In this document: piece after piece, positions 21,839 through 32,272 of the stretch
Numbering within the stretch: the first letter of the stretch is position 1
Layout of the letters: every line of letters starts with the position of its first letter
NCBI GenBank assembly: GCA_963733295.1
Contig: CAVTCS010000003.1
Coordinates: 800,001 to 864,000, forward strand
Reading direction: 5' to 3'
Origin: Vulcanimicrobiota bacterium
GTDB taxonomy: Bacteria > Vulcanimicrobiota > Vulcanimicrobiia > Vulcanimicrobiales > Vulcanimicrobiaceae
Length of the DNA: 64,000 nt
Position numbers and translations under genes: made by a program
The notes under the pieces: model-generated
The model's database searches: none
The model's input: only the letters and a program-made list of their open reading frames with translations
What the model was told of the DNA's origin: nothing

Positions 21839-22966
21839 CTACTTCAGGTACGCAAACGCGTTGCCGGAAACTTGTAAGATCGCGCTCGCGGCGCGGACGT
21901 CGCGCGACGGATAGAAGGCGACCGGTCCCAGCACGGTCGGCACCACGGGCAACTTCTTGAAGGCGGCGCAGAACTGCTCCGAGGTGGTCGCACCGTCCTT
22001 GACGGTGCGCGCTACGATCTGCGCGGCCGCGTAGGCTTGTGCCGCGAATTGGTCGGGACCGCTTCCATATTTTGCGGTGTAACGCCGGACGAAGTCGCGG
22101 TTCCCCGTATAGCTGTTGCCGAGGAAGTAGGCCGCGCCGACGACGACGCCTTCGGCCGCCGGTCCTGCGTTCGAGATGAACTTCGGCGAGTTGAGCCCAT
22201 TGCCGCCGATGAGGTGGGCCTTGATTCCGCTCTGACGCGCTTGCACGACGATCTTCACCGCTTCGTCGAGCAGCGCTCCTACGACGATGAGATCTGGTTT
22301 GGCGGCGGCGATCTTCGTCAGCTGGGCCTTGAAATCGACGTCGCCCTTGTGGTAGGTCTCGACGTCGACGATTTGCACGCCGTTCTTATCGAGCGCCGAG
22401 TGGAAGATGTCGTAGTCGGATTTCGTGAACTGGTCGTCGTCGCCGTAGATGATCGCCGCCGTCTTGACCTTCCACAGCTTCACGACGCGCGCGACCGCCT
22501 CGGGAACGACTTGGTCCTCGGAGAGCGCGTCGCGAAAGACGCAGGGTCCCATGGTGGTGATGCCGCTCGCCGTATTCGAGATTGCGAGGATCGTCAGGTT
22601 CGCCTTGACGGCTAGCGGGTCGGCTTTCTTGGCTTCGGACGAAAGCGTCGGGCCGATCAGCAGCGCCGAGCCGTCGCTCGAAAAGTGCTGGACGAGGTTG
22701 ACGACTTGGCCCGCGTCGCTTGCGGAATCCTGAACGTCGAAGGTGAGATTTGCGCCGCCGGCGTCAAGCCTGCCGGCTTTGAGGTCCTCGCTCGCGAGCT
22801 CGAAAGCGTTCTTTTGCGAGGTGCCGTACGCACCCGCCGAACCGGTGACGTCGGCGATGACGCCGACTTTGACGTCCTTCCCGGCCGCCGGCCCGTTCGC
22901 GGCGAACGCGATCGCCGCGCTCGACATGCAAAGAAGCGCCGCGATGACGGCGGATTGGACGCGCAT
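21839..22966 (-). CDS. LIV ABC substrate-binding protein (LivK/LivJ-like)
   Basis: GGAGGG RBS, Sec signal MRVQSAVIAALLC..AFA, GPTLS, DFKAQLTKI, PDQFAAQAY. Confidence 0.88.
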   Translation of the reverse strand: MRVQSAVIAALLCMSSAAIAFAANGPAAGKDVKVGVIADVTGSAGAYGTSQKNAFELASEDLKAGRLDAGGANLTFDVQDSASDAGQVVNLVQHFSSDGSALLIGPTLSSEAKKADPLAVKANLTILAISNTASGITTMGPCVFRDALSEDQVVPEAVARVVKLWKVKTAAIIYGDDDQFTKSDYDIFHSALDKNGVQIVDVETYHKGDVDFKAQLTKIAAAKPDLIVVGALLDEAVKIVVQARQSGIKAHLIGGNGLNSPKFISNAGPAAEGVVVGAAYFLGNSYTGNRDFVRRYTAKYGSGPDQFAAQAYAAAQIVARTVKDGATTSEQFCAAFKKLPVVPTVLGPVAFYPSRDVRAASAILQVSGNAFAYLK

Positions 22967-23004
22967 CGGTTCCCTCCGGTTCGTAAATCGAATGAGTGGG
23001 CGCG

Positions 23005-23838
23005 TTAGACGCTCCCGGCGGCGCTCCCCCTTTGGCCTCGAGACGTCCCGAGGTACGGACGCAACTCGCGCATGAATCGAGCCAAGCGTTCGCCGCCCGT
23101 GGCCGGCGGCAGCGCCGTGTAGACGACGATCACGCAGCGCGTGCCGTCCGCCAGTTCGAGGATGCCGCCGTCGTGCGAGACCTCGCTCGTCTCGCCGGTC
23201 TTGTGCGCGAAACGGTCGCCTTCGTCGAGGCCGCCGGAAAGCTTGTCGTTCCACTCTTGGGCGAGCAGCGTCTCGAACAGCCACGAGTTTTCGCCGGGAG
23301 CCGGAAGCGCGATCCGCTCGAACAACGCGGCGGCATCGTGCGCCGGATGGGCGTTGCGCCCGGTCGCGCCAGGGTCGGCGATCAGCGGCAGCGAGCCCGA
23401 AAGCCTGCGACGAACCGCGGTGTCGCCGAGGCCCCAGGCTCGGCAGCGTTCGGTGATCCGGTCGCGTCCCAGGAAGTCGATCAGGACGTTGGTCGCCACA
23501 TTGTCGGAGCGGGTCAACATGAGGCGTCCGAGCTCCTCGAGGCTCGCCCTGCGGCCTGCCTCAAGCGGTGTGGGCAGGTCGTTCGAGGTCAAGTGCTCCG
23601 GGAGGACTTCGACCTGCGAGCCGGGCTGAGCCGAACCGCTCCGCCAGCACTCGCAGAGCGCGGCGGCGATCGGCACTTTGATCATGCTGGCGGGTGCGAG
23701 TTCGACGCTCCCAGCCGGCCTGAGGCTGAGCTGCCCTCCGTCGGGCAGCGCCTTGATCTCGACAGCGGGGTCGCCCAGCTCCGCCGCGGCTGCCAGAGCT
23801 GAAACCAACTCGGGGGTCAGGGCGTATAAGTTATGCAA
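23005..23838 (-). CDS. Class A beta-lactamase-like serine hydrolase (PBP-A-like)
   Basis: SMIK (SxxK), SDN, HKTG motifs. Confidence 0.85.
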   Translation of the reverse strand: MHNLYALTPELVSALAAAAELGDPAVEIKALPDGGQLSLRPAGSVELAPASMIKVPIAAALCECWRSGSAQPGSQVEVLPEHLTSNDLPTPLEAGRRASLEELGRLMLTRSDNVATNVLIDFLGRDRITERCRAWGLGDTAVRRRLSGSLPLIADPGATGRNAHPAHDAAALFERIALPAPGENSWLFETLLAQEWNDKLSGGLDEGDRFAHKTGETSEVSHDGGILELADGTRCVIVVYTALPPATGGERLARFMRELRPYLGTSRGQRGSAAGSV

Positions 23839-23876
23839 GCATGTACTCGCACTCGCTGCTCGGAAGGTAGCTTATC

Positions 23877-24284
23877 GTGTCCGCTTCTGCCGAAGCCGTT
23901 CTTTCCCTCAAAAAGCCCGTTACACCGGAGGCTTTGAGCGCGCTTGCGGCGTCTGCCGCGGCCGCCGTGGCTGCGGGCGCGGAGCGGGTCGTCGTCGACA
24001 TCGACGACGTCGGGGTCTTGGACTCGCAGTTGATTTCGGGATTGATTTCGCTCCTGCGCGAGGTACGCGAGCGCGGCGGCGACGTGACGCTGCTGGCCGA
24101 ACGCAAGAGCATCTTGGACACGCTGCGGATTACCGCCCTGGACAAGATCTTCACGCTCGAGCCGCCGCGCGCGCCGCTACCTGCGGAGCTTCCCGCGACG
24201 CGCCTGCGCGATTCACGGCGCCGCCTTGCCTCGCTTGCCGTGCTCTTGTTGGCGCTGGCCGGCCTGCCGGGACGGCCGCTCTGA
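23877..24284 (+). CDS. STAS-domain (anti-sigma antagonist-like) protein
   Basis: VVVDIDDVGVLDS, GGDVTL, LRITALDKIF. Confidence 0.8.
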   Translation: MSASAEAVLSLKKPVTPEALSALAASAAAAVAAGAERVVVDIDDVGVLDSQLISGLISLLREVRERGGDVTLLAERKSILDTLRITALDKIFTLEPPRAPLPAELPATRLRDSRRRLASLAVLLLALAGLPGRPL

Positions 24285-24889
24285 CGCACCTGCGCGCGCT
24301 CGATTCGGCGCGCACCTCGGTCGATCAAACTCGCTTGCGTATCCTCGCGGCGACGCGCGAACTCTACGCGAGCAAAGGAAGTCGCGGTACGACGACCCGC
24401 GAAGTTGCAGACCGTGCCGGCGTTAACGAAGCGACCGTCTTCCGCCACTTCGGGACCAAGCAGCAGCTCATCTCCGCGATGCTCGACCATTACACGGGTT
24501 CGACGGCGAACCCCGAGTTGTACGAGAGCCTGCGCAGCATGCCCGGCATCGAGCGGCAGCTGCGCGCGCTCGGGTGGGCGGCCGTCGAGGCGATCACGCG
24601 CAAACAGGACCTCATCAAGATTGGACTCGCGGAAGAGATCTCTAACCCCGAAGGGACCGATTGCGCGTGGCGCGCACCGGTCGAAGCGCGCTTGGCGCTG
24701 GCGGATTTCATGCGCGAACGGATCGAGGCGGGCGATTTGCGCGGGAGACCGGAGGTCCTCGCGCGCGTCTTCATGTCGCTCTTTTTCTCATATGTAATCG
24801 GCCGCCGCATTTGGGCAGAAGATAGCGATCCCGAGAGCGCGATCGAACAATGCGTCGACATTTTTCTCCACGGAGCACGAGCGAACTGA
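24281..24889 (+). CDS. TetR/AcrR family regulator (start uncertain: CTG 24281 or TTG 24335)
   Basis: RILAATRELY..G..GTTTREVADRAGVNEATVFRHFGTKQQL. Confidence 0.88.
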   Translation: MTHLRALDSARTSVDQTRLRILAATRELYASKGSRGTTTREVADRAGVNEATVFRHFGTKQQLISAMLDHYTGSTANPELYESLRSMPGIERQLRALGWAAVEAITRKQDLIKIGLAEEISNPEGTDCAWRAPVEARLALADFMRERIEAGDLRGRPEVLARVFMSLFFSYVIGRRIWAEDSDPESAIEQCVDIFLHGARAN

Positions 24890-24891
24890 CT

Positions 24892-26280
24892 ATGGAAACC
24901 AGAACTCAGCCGGCCGCACCGCCGCCGGCGCGCGTCGAAAGCGAGCCGCCCGGCGAGGCGCCGAATGGGGGCATCGAGCCGAAGTCGCCGCCCGAGCGGC
25001 GCGTGCTGATCTTCAGCGCGGCCGGCATTGCGCTCGTCATCGCTTTGATTTTCGGCATACGTTTCTTGATTTACGCGCTCGCCCACGAGTCGACCGACGA
25101 TGCGCAGATCGACGCCGATCTCGTCGAGGTCACCAGCAAAATCTCCGAGCGCGTCGACCGCATCCTCGTCGACACCAATCAGCACGTTTCGAAGGGTCAA
25201 CTCTTGGTCCAACTCGACGACGTCGACGAGCGGCAGCGCGTCGCTCAGGCGCAAGCGGCGCTCGACGCGCAGCTGGCGCAAGCCAACGCCGCGCGAGAGA
25301 ACGTTTCGCTCACAAGCGATCAGCAGCGCGCGCAGAACGAGCAGTACGCGGGCGGCATCTCGCAGGCGAGCGCCAACCGGCGCAGCGCCGCGGCGCAGGC
25401 TACTTCCCAAGAGCAAGAGATTTCAGCCTTGGTCGCGGGCGTCGACGCGGCGCGAGCTCAGCTCAAAGCCGCGCAAGACGGCGTGCCCAGTGCGCGGCAG
25501 AACCTCGCAAAGGCACAAGCGGACCTTACCCGCACGCAATCGCTGGTACGCACCGGCGACCTATCGGTCTCGCAGCTCGACACCTCCCAGGCGAACTTTG
25601 CCGCGGCAAACTCGTCCTACTCGCAATCCTTGGCGACCGTCGCCGCGGCCCAGGCAAACGTGGTTCAGGCGCAGCAACGGGTCGACGCGCAGCGCGCGGC
25701 GGCGAGTGCCGCCTTCGCCCAAATCGGCGTGCAGCGTGGCGCGGTAACGACGGCCCAGGGCCGTCTGGCTGAAAGTGCAGCCCCAAGTCGCGTTCCGGCC
25801 CAGCAAGCGCAGGCGAACGCGGCGGCCGCGCAGGCGGAGTCGTATCAAGCCCAACTCGCCAACGCTCGGAATCAGCTGTCCTATACGCGCATCGCCTCGC
25901 CGATCAACGGCTACGTCGGACAGAAGAACGTCGAAGTCGGCCAAACTGTCTCGCCCGGCGAGTCCCTCATGACGCTCGTTCCGGCGAATCACGTTTACGT
26001 GACCGCGAACTTCAAGGAGACGCAGCTCAAGAACATGCGCGTCGGACAGCCGGTCGACATCTCGGTCGACGCCTGCCACGGCATTCCGCTGTACGGCCAC
26101 GTAGAGAATCTGTCCCCGGCCGCGCAAAACAAGTTCAGCCTCGTGCCGCCTCAAAACGCGACGGGTAACTTCGTGAAGGTCACCCAGCGCTTGCCCGTCC
26201 GCATCGCTTTCGATAATCCCGACCCGCGCTGCCCGCTGCGGCCCGGACTCTCCGTAGTAGCCTCCGTCAAGGTCAAGTAG
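24892..26280 (+). CDS. emrA: HlyD/EmrA-family membrane fusion protein
   Basis: ESTDDAQI, long coiled coil, ANFKETQL, PPQNATGNFVKVTQRLPVRI. Confidence 0.9.
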   Translation: METRTQPAAPPPARVESEPPGEAPNGGIEPKSPPERRVLIFSAAGIALVIALIFGIRFLIYALAHESTDDAQIDADLVEVTSKISERVDRILVDTNQHVSKGQLLVQLDDVDERQRVAQAQAALDAQLAQANAARENVSLTSDQQRAQNEQYAGGISQASANRRSAAAQATSQEQEISALVAGVDAARAQLKAAQDGVPSARQNLAKAQADLTRTQSLVRTGDLSVSQLDTSQANFAAANSSYSQSLATVAAAQANVVQAQQRVDAQRAAASAAFAQIGVQRGAVTTAQGRLAESAAPSRVPAQQAQANAAAAQAESYQAQLANARNQLSYTRIASPINGYVGQKNVEVGQTVSPGESLMTLVPANHVYVTANFKETQLKNMRVGQPVDISVDACHGIPLYGHVENLSPAAQNKFSLVPPQNATGNFVKVTQRLPVRIAFDNPDPRCPLRPGLSVVASVKVK

Positions 26281-26285
26281 GGGTT

Positions 26286-27869
26286 ATGGCCACCGCGCTC
26301 GCGCTTCCGCGCAACGGCGCGAGTTTCGGCCACGTCGTGCCGGACGTGCCGCGCGACGTCGTCGAGCGCGGCTGGCGCCTCGGCGTCATCACGCTCGCGA
26401 TCGTCACGGCGACGTTGCTGGAAATCATCGACGTCACGATCGTCAACGTCGCGCTTCCCAATATCGAGGGGAACTTCGGCGCGAGCGTCGATCAGGCGGC
26501 CTGGATCGGCACGGGTTACATCATCGCCAACGTGATCGTCATCCCGCTCACGCCCTGGCTGCAACGGCGCTTCGGCCGGCGCCAGTACTACGCCGCTTCG
26601 ATCGCGATCTTCACCTTCGCCTCGATCGCGTGCGGCTTTAGCGGTTCGCTCGAGCAGCTCGTCTTTTGGCGCATCGTTCAAGGTCTCGGCGGCGGAGGAC
26701 TGATCTCGACCTCGCAGGCGATCTTACGGGAAACGTTCCCTTCGCAGCAACAAGGCAAAGCCGCCGGCATCTTCGCGATGGGGGTCATCGTCGGCCCGAC
26801 CATCGGCCCGATGTTGGGCGGCATCGTCACCGACCAGCTCTCGTGGCGCTGGGCGTTCTTCATAAACGTCCCGCTCGGGATTCTCGCCTTCGCGCTCGTC
26901 GTTTCGCTGCTTCGCAATCCGGTTCGGCCGCAGAAGCTGGCGCTCGACTACATCGGATTGGGACTGTTGGCGGTCGGCATCGGATCGCTTCAGTACGTGC
27001 TCGATCAGGGCCAGCAGAAGGATTGGTTCGGAGACGAATCGATCGTCGTCTGCTCGGTGCTCGCGGGCTGCGGACTCGTCGCCTTCATCCTCTGGGAGTT
27101 GTTTCAAGAGAAACCGATCGTCGACCTCAGCGTTCTCCGCAACCGCTCGGTCGCCGCGGGGTCCATCCTCGGGATGGTCTTGGGAATCAGCTTGTACGGC
27201 AGCGTCTTGATCCTGCCCCAATACGTGCAAGGTTCGCTCGGCTTCACCGCGACGCTGTCGGGCGAGCTACTCATCTTTCGCGCGGGAGCTGTCATGCTTT
27301 TCACGCCGTTTACCGCCGCCATGGTTTCGCGCAACAAACTCGACCCGCGCATCGTCGTGATGATCGGATTCGTGTTGATCGGAATCTCGAACTTCATGCT
27401 CGCGCAGGTGACGACGCCTCAGGCGGATTTCTGGACGTTTTTCTTGCCGCTCGCGATCAGCGGCATGGGCTTGGCGCAAATCTTCGTGCCGTTGACGGTC
27501 GGGGTTCTCGGATCGGTCGAACCGCGGAAGATTCCCGCGGCTGCGGCAATGTTCAATTTGGCGCGCCAAGTCGGCGGCAGCATCGCGATCGCGGTTCTGG
27601 TAACGATGCTCGCGCGCGAAAATGCCATCCATCAAACCGAACTCGCCTCGCAGGTGACGCTGCACTCGTCGGCCGTCGGGAACTTCGTCCATCAGAGCGG
27701 CGACCTCACCGTCGCGCGGCGTGACCTCGACCGCATCGTCCGCCAACAGGCCGTGATTCTTTCGTACGCCGACACCGCACGCGCGGTTGCGGTCATCTCG
27801 CTCTTGCTCGCGCCGCTGGCGTTTCTGCTGAAGCGCCCGGACAAACCGGCGATCGTCGCCGCAGAATAG
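26286..27869 (+). CDS. emrB: DHA2 MFS efflux permease EmrB-like
   Basis: DVTIVNVALP, WRWAFFINVP, QGQQKDWF, about 14 TM. Confidence 0.9.
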   Translation: MATALALPRNGASFGHVVPDVPRDVVERGWRLGVITLAIVTATLLEIIDVTIVNVALPNIEGNFGASVDQAAWIGTGYIIANVIVIPLTPWLQRRFGRRQYYAASIAIFTFASIACGFSGSLEQLVFWRIVQGLGGGGLISTSQAILRETFPSQQQGKAAGIFAMGVIVGPTIGPMLGGIVTDQLSWRWAFFINVPLGILAFALVVSLLRNPVRPQKLALDYIGLGLLAVGIGSLQYVLDQGQQKDWFGDESIVVCSVLAGCGLVAFILWELFQEKPIVDLSVLRNRSVAAGSILGMVLGISLYGSVLILPQYVQGSLGFTATLSGELLIFRAGAVMLFTPFTAAMVSRNKLDPRIVVMIGFVLIGISNFMLAQVTTPQADFWTFFLPLAISGMGLAQIFVPLTVGVLGSVEPRKIPAAAAMFNLARQVGGSIAIAVLVTMLARENAIHQTELASQVTLHSSAVGNFVHQSGDLTVARRDLDRIVRQQAVILSYADTARAVAVISLLLAPLAFLLKRPDKPAIVAAE

Positions 27870-27880
27870 GAGTAATCCCC

Positions 27881-29731
27881 GTGATCCACTTTTTCGCTTT
27901 GACGCTCGCCGTCGTGGCTCCGGCGGTCGCCGCGAGTCCGGTTCCGGGCCCCGTCGCAACCCCGCTACCGCTCGCGTCGCCTGGGATCATCGCCACCCCG
28001 AACTCGACGGCCGGCCTGATCCTTCCGGCCGTGCCGGCGGTCGCGCCGACCTTTCTCGAGCGCAAACCGCAGGAGCCCTCGGGCGAACTCGTCGGAACCA
28101 GCGGTCCTTTCGTTGGGCTCTCGCTCGACGATGCGGTCGCGATGGCACTCGCGCGCAACACCGATCTCGCCGTTTCACAATCGAACGTGCGCATCGCGAG
28201 GTTCCAAATCGTCGCGGCGCAAGGAGCCTACGATCTGCGCTTTGCTATAGCGCCGTCCTTCGGATTTCAGCAGACTCCGTCGATCAGCGTCTTCGAAGCG
28301 GGCCCCGACGGGAACCCGCTGCAGAACGTGCAGCTCGGCAACAGCGCCGCGCTCACGGCCCTGACGCCGAGCGGCGCCAACCTCTCGCTCATGACCTCGC
28401 TCTCGCGAACGAACAATAACAGCACGGTCAATAGCTTCAACCCGTACTATCAGACCGGCATCGCGTTCAACGTAACGCAGCCGCTCGCGCGCGGGAGGGC
28501 GATCGACGCGAACCGGCGCCAACTTCAACTTTCGGCGATAGGCGCCGGCATCAATAGTGCAAACGCGCTGCTGACCGCTTCGGGGACCATCGCATCCGTG
28601 CTCGACGCATACTACGATCTGGTCGCGGCCTGGCGCAACGTCGGAATCCAAGAGGACGCGCTCTTGCAAGCCAAGGCGCAGAGCGAGAGCAACGCCAGGC
28701 TCGTGCGACAAGGGGCGGCCGCACCGGTCGACGTCGTCGAATCCAATACGCAGGTCGAAGTCTTCCAAGACAACGTCTATTCGGCGATTCAGGACGTCGC
28801 GCGACTGCAGAACCAGCTCAAGCAGCTGACGCTCTCGGATCCGGCCGACCCGATCTGGACGGTCAACATCGTGCCGACCTCTCCGGTCACCGACCTTCCG
28901 CCCGAACCCTCGCTCAACGAACTGATGCTCGACGCGCTCAAGACGCGGCCCGAAGTGGCGGCGCTGCGTGGCCAAATGCAGCAGGCGAACGTCAACACCG
29001 CCTACGCCAAAGACCAAACCAAACCGCAGATCGATCTCAATCTGAACGTCAGCGAAAACGGGTTCGCGGGCAAGGAAACCCCGCTCGACCTCAACCCGCT
29101 CACGCCGCTCTTCTTTGGCCAGACGACGGCGATCAACGAATTGATCGGGCGAGTCAACACGCTGACGCCGACGCTGCCGCCGCTCGTGCCGCTGACTCCC
29201 CCGAATCTTCCGATCGTTCCCTACACGATCGGTGGCGTCAATCAGGCTTACTCCAACATGTTCGCCGGACGTTTTCCGCAGTATTCGATCTCCGCGACGG
29301 TGGGCTTTCCGCTGCGCGACCGCACCGCCGAGGCGAACTATGCGGCCGCGGTCGAGCAGCGCAGGCAGTTGCAGGTTCAGGAGGTCGCCTTGATCCAGCG
29401 CATTGCGGTCGAATCGCGCGACGCGCTGCAAGCCTACCGCTCGGCTCGTTCGCGCCTCATCGCCGCGCGCGCGGCGCGCGAGGCGGCAGAGCAAGTCGCA
29501 GCCAGCGAGTTGCGCAAGTTCCGTGCGGGTCAATCGACCACGTTCTTCGTGCTGCAGCGTCAGGTCGATCTCGCCAACCAGCGCGGACGCGAACTCCAAG
29601 CGCAGACCGATCTCGAGAAAGCGCTGGTCGAACTCGAACGGGTCTCGGGAAACATCTTGGCCGACAACCACGTCAATCTCGCGACCCTCGGAGCTGCGCC
29701 GTTGGGAAAGACGCCCCAGCTCGCGCCCTAG
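27881..29731 (+). CDS. TolC-family outer membrane efflux protein
   Basis: Signal peptide; LSLDDAVAMALARN, PQIDL, KFRAGQST..VLQRQ. Confidence 0.85.
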   Translation: MIHFFALTLAVVAPAVAASPVPGPVATPLPLASPGIIATPNSTAGLILPAVPAVAPTFLERKPQEPSGELVGTSGPFVGLSLDDAVAMALARNTDLAVSQSNVRIARFQIVAAQGAYDLRFAIAPSFGFQQTPSISVFEAGPDGNPLQNVQLGNSAALTALTPSGANLSLMTSLSRTNNNSTVNSFNPYYQTGIAFNVTQPLARGRAIDANRRQLQLSAIGAGINSANALLTASGTIASVLDAYYDLVAAWRNVGIQEDALLQAKAQSESNARLVRQGAAAPVDVVESNTQVEVFQDNVYSAIQDVARLQNQLKQLTLSDPADPIWTVNIVPTSPVTDLPPEPSLNELMLDALKTRPEVAALRGQMQQANVNTAYAKDQTKPQIDLNLNVSENGFAGKETPLDLNPLTPLFFGQTTAINELIGRVNTLTPTLPPLVPLTPPNLPIVPYTIGGVNQAYSNMFAGRFPQYSISATVGFPLRDRTAEANYAAAVEQRRQLQVQEVALIQRIAVESRDALQAYRSARSRLIAARAAREAAEQVAASELRKFRAGQSTTFFVLQRQVDLANQRGRELQAQTDLEKALVELERVSGNILADNHVNLATLGAAPLGKTPQLAP

Positions 29732-29737
29732 GTAATT

Positions 29738-30496
29738 TTAATTGGGTGCGGGCTTGCGTGCGACGAGGGCCCACTTCGAGGTGATCTCGACGACGTCGCG
29801 CGACTGGACCGTGCTGTGCAGCGTCCCGTCGGCCTTGTCCAGCTTCCCCGCCACGACGTGAACGGAGGTGTGCAGGTTGAGGGTCAGCGGAAGACCCGCA
29901 CCCGAAGACATCGGCGCACTGGCGCCGGCTCCCGCGCTTGAGGCGTCGGGTTGCGTTGGAGGCGGAAGGTTCAACTGCGTCTTGATCTCGCCATTTGCCT
30001 GGATGTCGAAGTCGGTATCGGTGGCGGCGCTGACTTGCACCAGCACGGGAACGTCGACGCTTTGGCCGCGCGGCAGCGGTACGTTGACTTTTGTTTTCCA
30101 CGAGTCGCCTGACTTGAATGCCGGCGGCGCGGAGCCGACCAGCGTCGCGATCTGGTTGAAGCGCTCGAGCACGAAGGGTGGCTGGTCGGTGTCCGAAGTG
30201 ATGTCGAGGACCACGGTCCCATCTTTCGCCAAGACCACGTGGTAGGTTTCGTTCAGAGCCCCGTCCGGCAAGAAATCGAGTTCGAACGAGGCGTTTTTTC
30301 CGCGCACGAGATCGAAGCTGCCGTCCTCGTGATCTTCGCGCCCGGGTGTGTAGGTTGTCGAGGTGAAGTCGTAGATGGCTCGATCGCCGGGTTGGAGCGG
30401 AACGATTCCGATTCGGGTCGCCGCACCTGCAGCGCTGCATATGAGCAAGCCGAGAGTCGCGGCGACGAGACCTTTGGGAAGGCGAGAACGCGACAT
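29738..30496 (-). CDS. Secreted hypothetical protein
   Basis: ATG 30496 just after pgl stop; signal peptide ending AGA; beta-rich body. Confidence 0.65.
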   Translation of the reverse strand: MSRSRLPKGLVAATLGLLICSAAGAATRIGIVPLQPGDRAIYDFTSTTYTPGREDHEDGSFDLVRGKNASFELDFLPDGALNETYHVVLAKDGTVVLDITSDTDQPPFVLERFNQIATLVGSAPPAFKSGDSWKTKVNVPLPRGQSVDVPVLVQVSAATDTDFDIQANGEIKTQLNLPPPTQPDASSAGAGASAPMSSGAGLPLTLNLHTSVHVVAGKLDKADGTLHSTVQSRDVVEITSKWALVARKPAPN

Positions 30497-30506
30497 CGAT
30501 TTGCGC

Positions 30507-31253
30507 CTACTGCGAGCCCGCGGGCTGCAATTGCGCCGCGGCCGCTTTGTCGACGAACCAGTTGAGGATGCCCTCGACCGGCCGCACGATTTGAATCGGA
30601 TATGCGCTCGGATCGTATTCGGCGCCGAACACGTGCGCCAGCGCTTCGGCCTTTTCGTCTCCATCCGTCGCGATCGCGATCCGTCGCGCGGCGTTGATGA
30701 CCAGAGGTGTCAGGGTGATGCGGTAGGTCGCGAACTTTTCGACGTATGGCGAGCGTACGAGCAACTCGTCGTCGGTTAACGGATCCGTACCCGGAAAGAG
30801 CGAGGCCGTATGTGCGTCGGGGCCCATCCCCAGCATGATCAGGTCGAAACGCGGCAGCGTCCCGAGCTCCGCGCACAACGCGTCGGCGTACGTCCGGGCA
30901 GCGGTTGTCGGGTCGATCTCGCCCTGCATGCGGAATATCCGGGCGGGCGCGATTGCGCGCGGCGCGAGCAGCGTCGTGCTCGCCATTTTGAAATTGGACT
31001 GGTCGTCGTCGGGCGGTACGCAGCGCTCGTCGCCGAAGAAGAAGGAGATCTTCGACCAATCCAGGTCGTCGAACGCGTTCGTGGTCAGCAGCCGGTAGGC
31101 TGCGGCGGGCGTCGAACCTCCCGCCAGCGCGACGTAGAAGCTGCCGCGCACGTCGATCGCATGACGGGCGGTGTCGGCGAAGTGCTGCGCCACGCGCAAC
31201 GCGAGCGCACCCGCATCGTCGACGATTTGCAGGTTCGAAGGGGCGCCCGTCAC
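30507..31253 (-). CDS. pgl: 6-phosphogluconolactonase
   Basis: ALAGGSTP, FGDERCVP, SNF, LGMGPDAHTASLFP, RITLT; GTG overlaps opcA stop. Confidence 0.93.
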   Translation of the reverse strand: MTGAPSNLQIVDDAGALALRVAQHFADTARHAIDVRGSFYVALAGGSTPAAAYRLLTTNAFDDLDWSKISFFFGDERCVPPDDDQSNFKMASTTLLAPRAIAPARIFRMQGEIDPTTAARTYADALCAELGTLPRFDLIMLGMGPDAHTASLFPGTDPLTDDELLVRSPYVEKFATYRITLTPLVINAARRIAIATDGDEKAEALAHVFGAEYDPSAYPIQIVRPVEGILNWFVDKAAAAQLQPAGSQ

Positions 31254-32272
31254 CCGAGGATTTCGCGGACGGTGAGCAGCGACGTCTCGAAGATGTGGTC
31301 GCGGCGATCCTCGAGGATGGCCCGCTCGATCAACGACGTGTTGTCGATATTTTGGAGCGGCGCGAACCAGGGTGCCTTCGCGCGTTGTCCTTCGACGCGC
31401 AGCGCGACCACGGCGTCGTCGTCGCTGAGTTCGGCGATGTAGGTCGATCCGCTGCTGGTCAGTACGACGCGGCGCACGCGCCGTTTGTCGCCCTTCGTGA
31501 CGCGCGTGAAAGGGATGCTGCGTCCGTCGCGCGCGCGGAAGCTCTCGAGACCCGCGGACTCCCAGCTCAACCGGCTCGCGAGCCAGCCTCCGAGATACAG
31601 AGCTTCCGCTTCCGAACCGCTCTCGATGTCGAGTGAAGTGAGCGAGAAGAGATCGTCTCGCAGCGCCGGCTCGTCGAAGAACTGGGCGATCATATCCTGC
31701 CAGGGCGCCAGTCGCATAAAGGCCAGATCGTGGAGCGACACGTCGGGAAAACGCGACAAGAACTCGCCGAGTTCGCGGATCGTCTCGGCGCCGGCCGCCA
31801 TGCCGGAAGAATCGACCAGAACGCTCGACGCCTGCTCGGTGAGGCCGCCGAAGGTACGGCTCTGCAGCAAACGCGCGCCGGACCACCAGAGGATCGTCGG
31901 AATTTCGGGCACCGAGAGCTCCTCGACGAGAGTGTGGATCGAGCCGTGTCCCACGTCGCCGACGGCGATGTCGACGCGTTCCATGATCGTCGTGGCCCCG
32001 CACGACTCGCGAGTCGAGGTCGCGAGGTCGACCCCGCCGCCCGAGCGCGTGGAATCGAGGACGATCAGACGGCAGGGATGCTTGTCTGCAACCCGCATCG
32101 CGCGCTCGAGCACCCATTCCCGGTGCGCCGGGTCGTCGACGAAGACGACGAAATTGAGCGTCGCCACGCGGGGAGCTATGCCTTGTTCGCCGGCGGCGGC
32201 GTTTTGGCGGATGCGACGGAGTTCTTCGAGGATCGGCGAGATGTCCTCGATCGAGTCGACGTGCGCCGACAT
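31250..32272 (-). CDS. opcA: Glucose-6-phosphate dehydrogenase assembly/effector protein OpcA
   Basis: Directly after zwf; HPCRLI, PTILWW, VDS, DLAFMRLAPW. Confidence 0.85.
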   Translation of the reverse strand: MSAHVDSIEDISPILEELRRIRQNAAAGEQGIAPRVATLNFVVFVDDPAHREWVLERAMRVADKHPCRLIVLDSTRSGGGVDLATSTRESCGATTIMERVDIAVGDVGHGSIHTLVEELSVPEIPTILWWSGARLLQSRTFGGLTEQASSVLVDSSGMAAGAETIRELGEFLSRFPDVSLHDLAFMRLAPWQDMIAQFFDEPALRDDLFSLTSLDIESGSEAEALYLGGWLASRLSWESAGLESFRARDGRSIPFTRVTKGDKRRVRRVVLTSSGSTYIAELSDDDAVVALRVEGQRAKAPWFAPLQNIDNTSLIERAILEDRRDHIFETSLLTVREILG

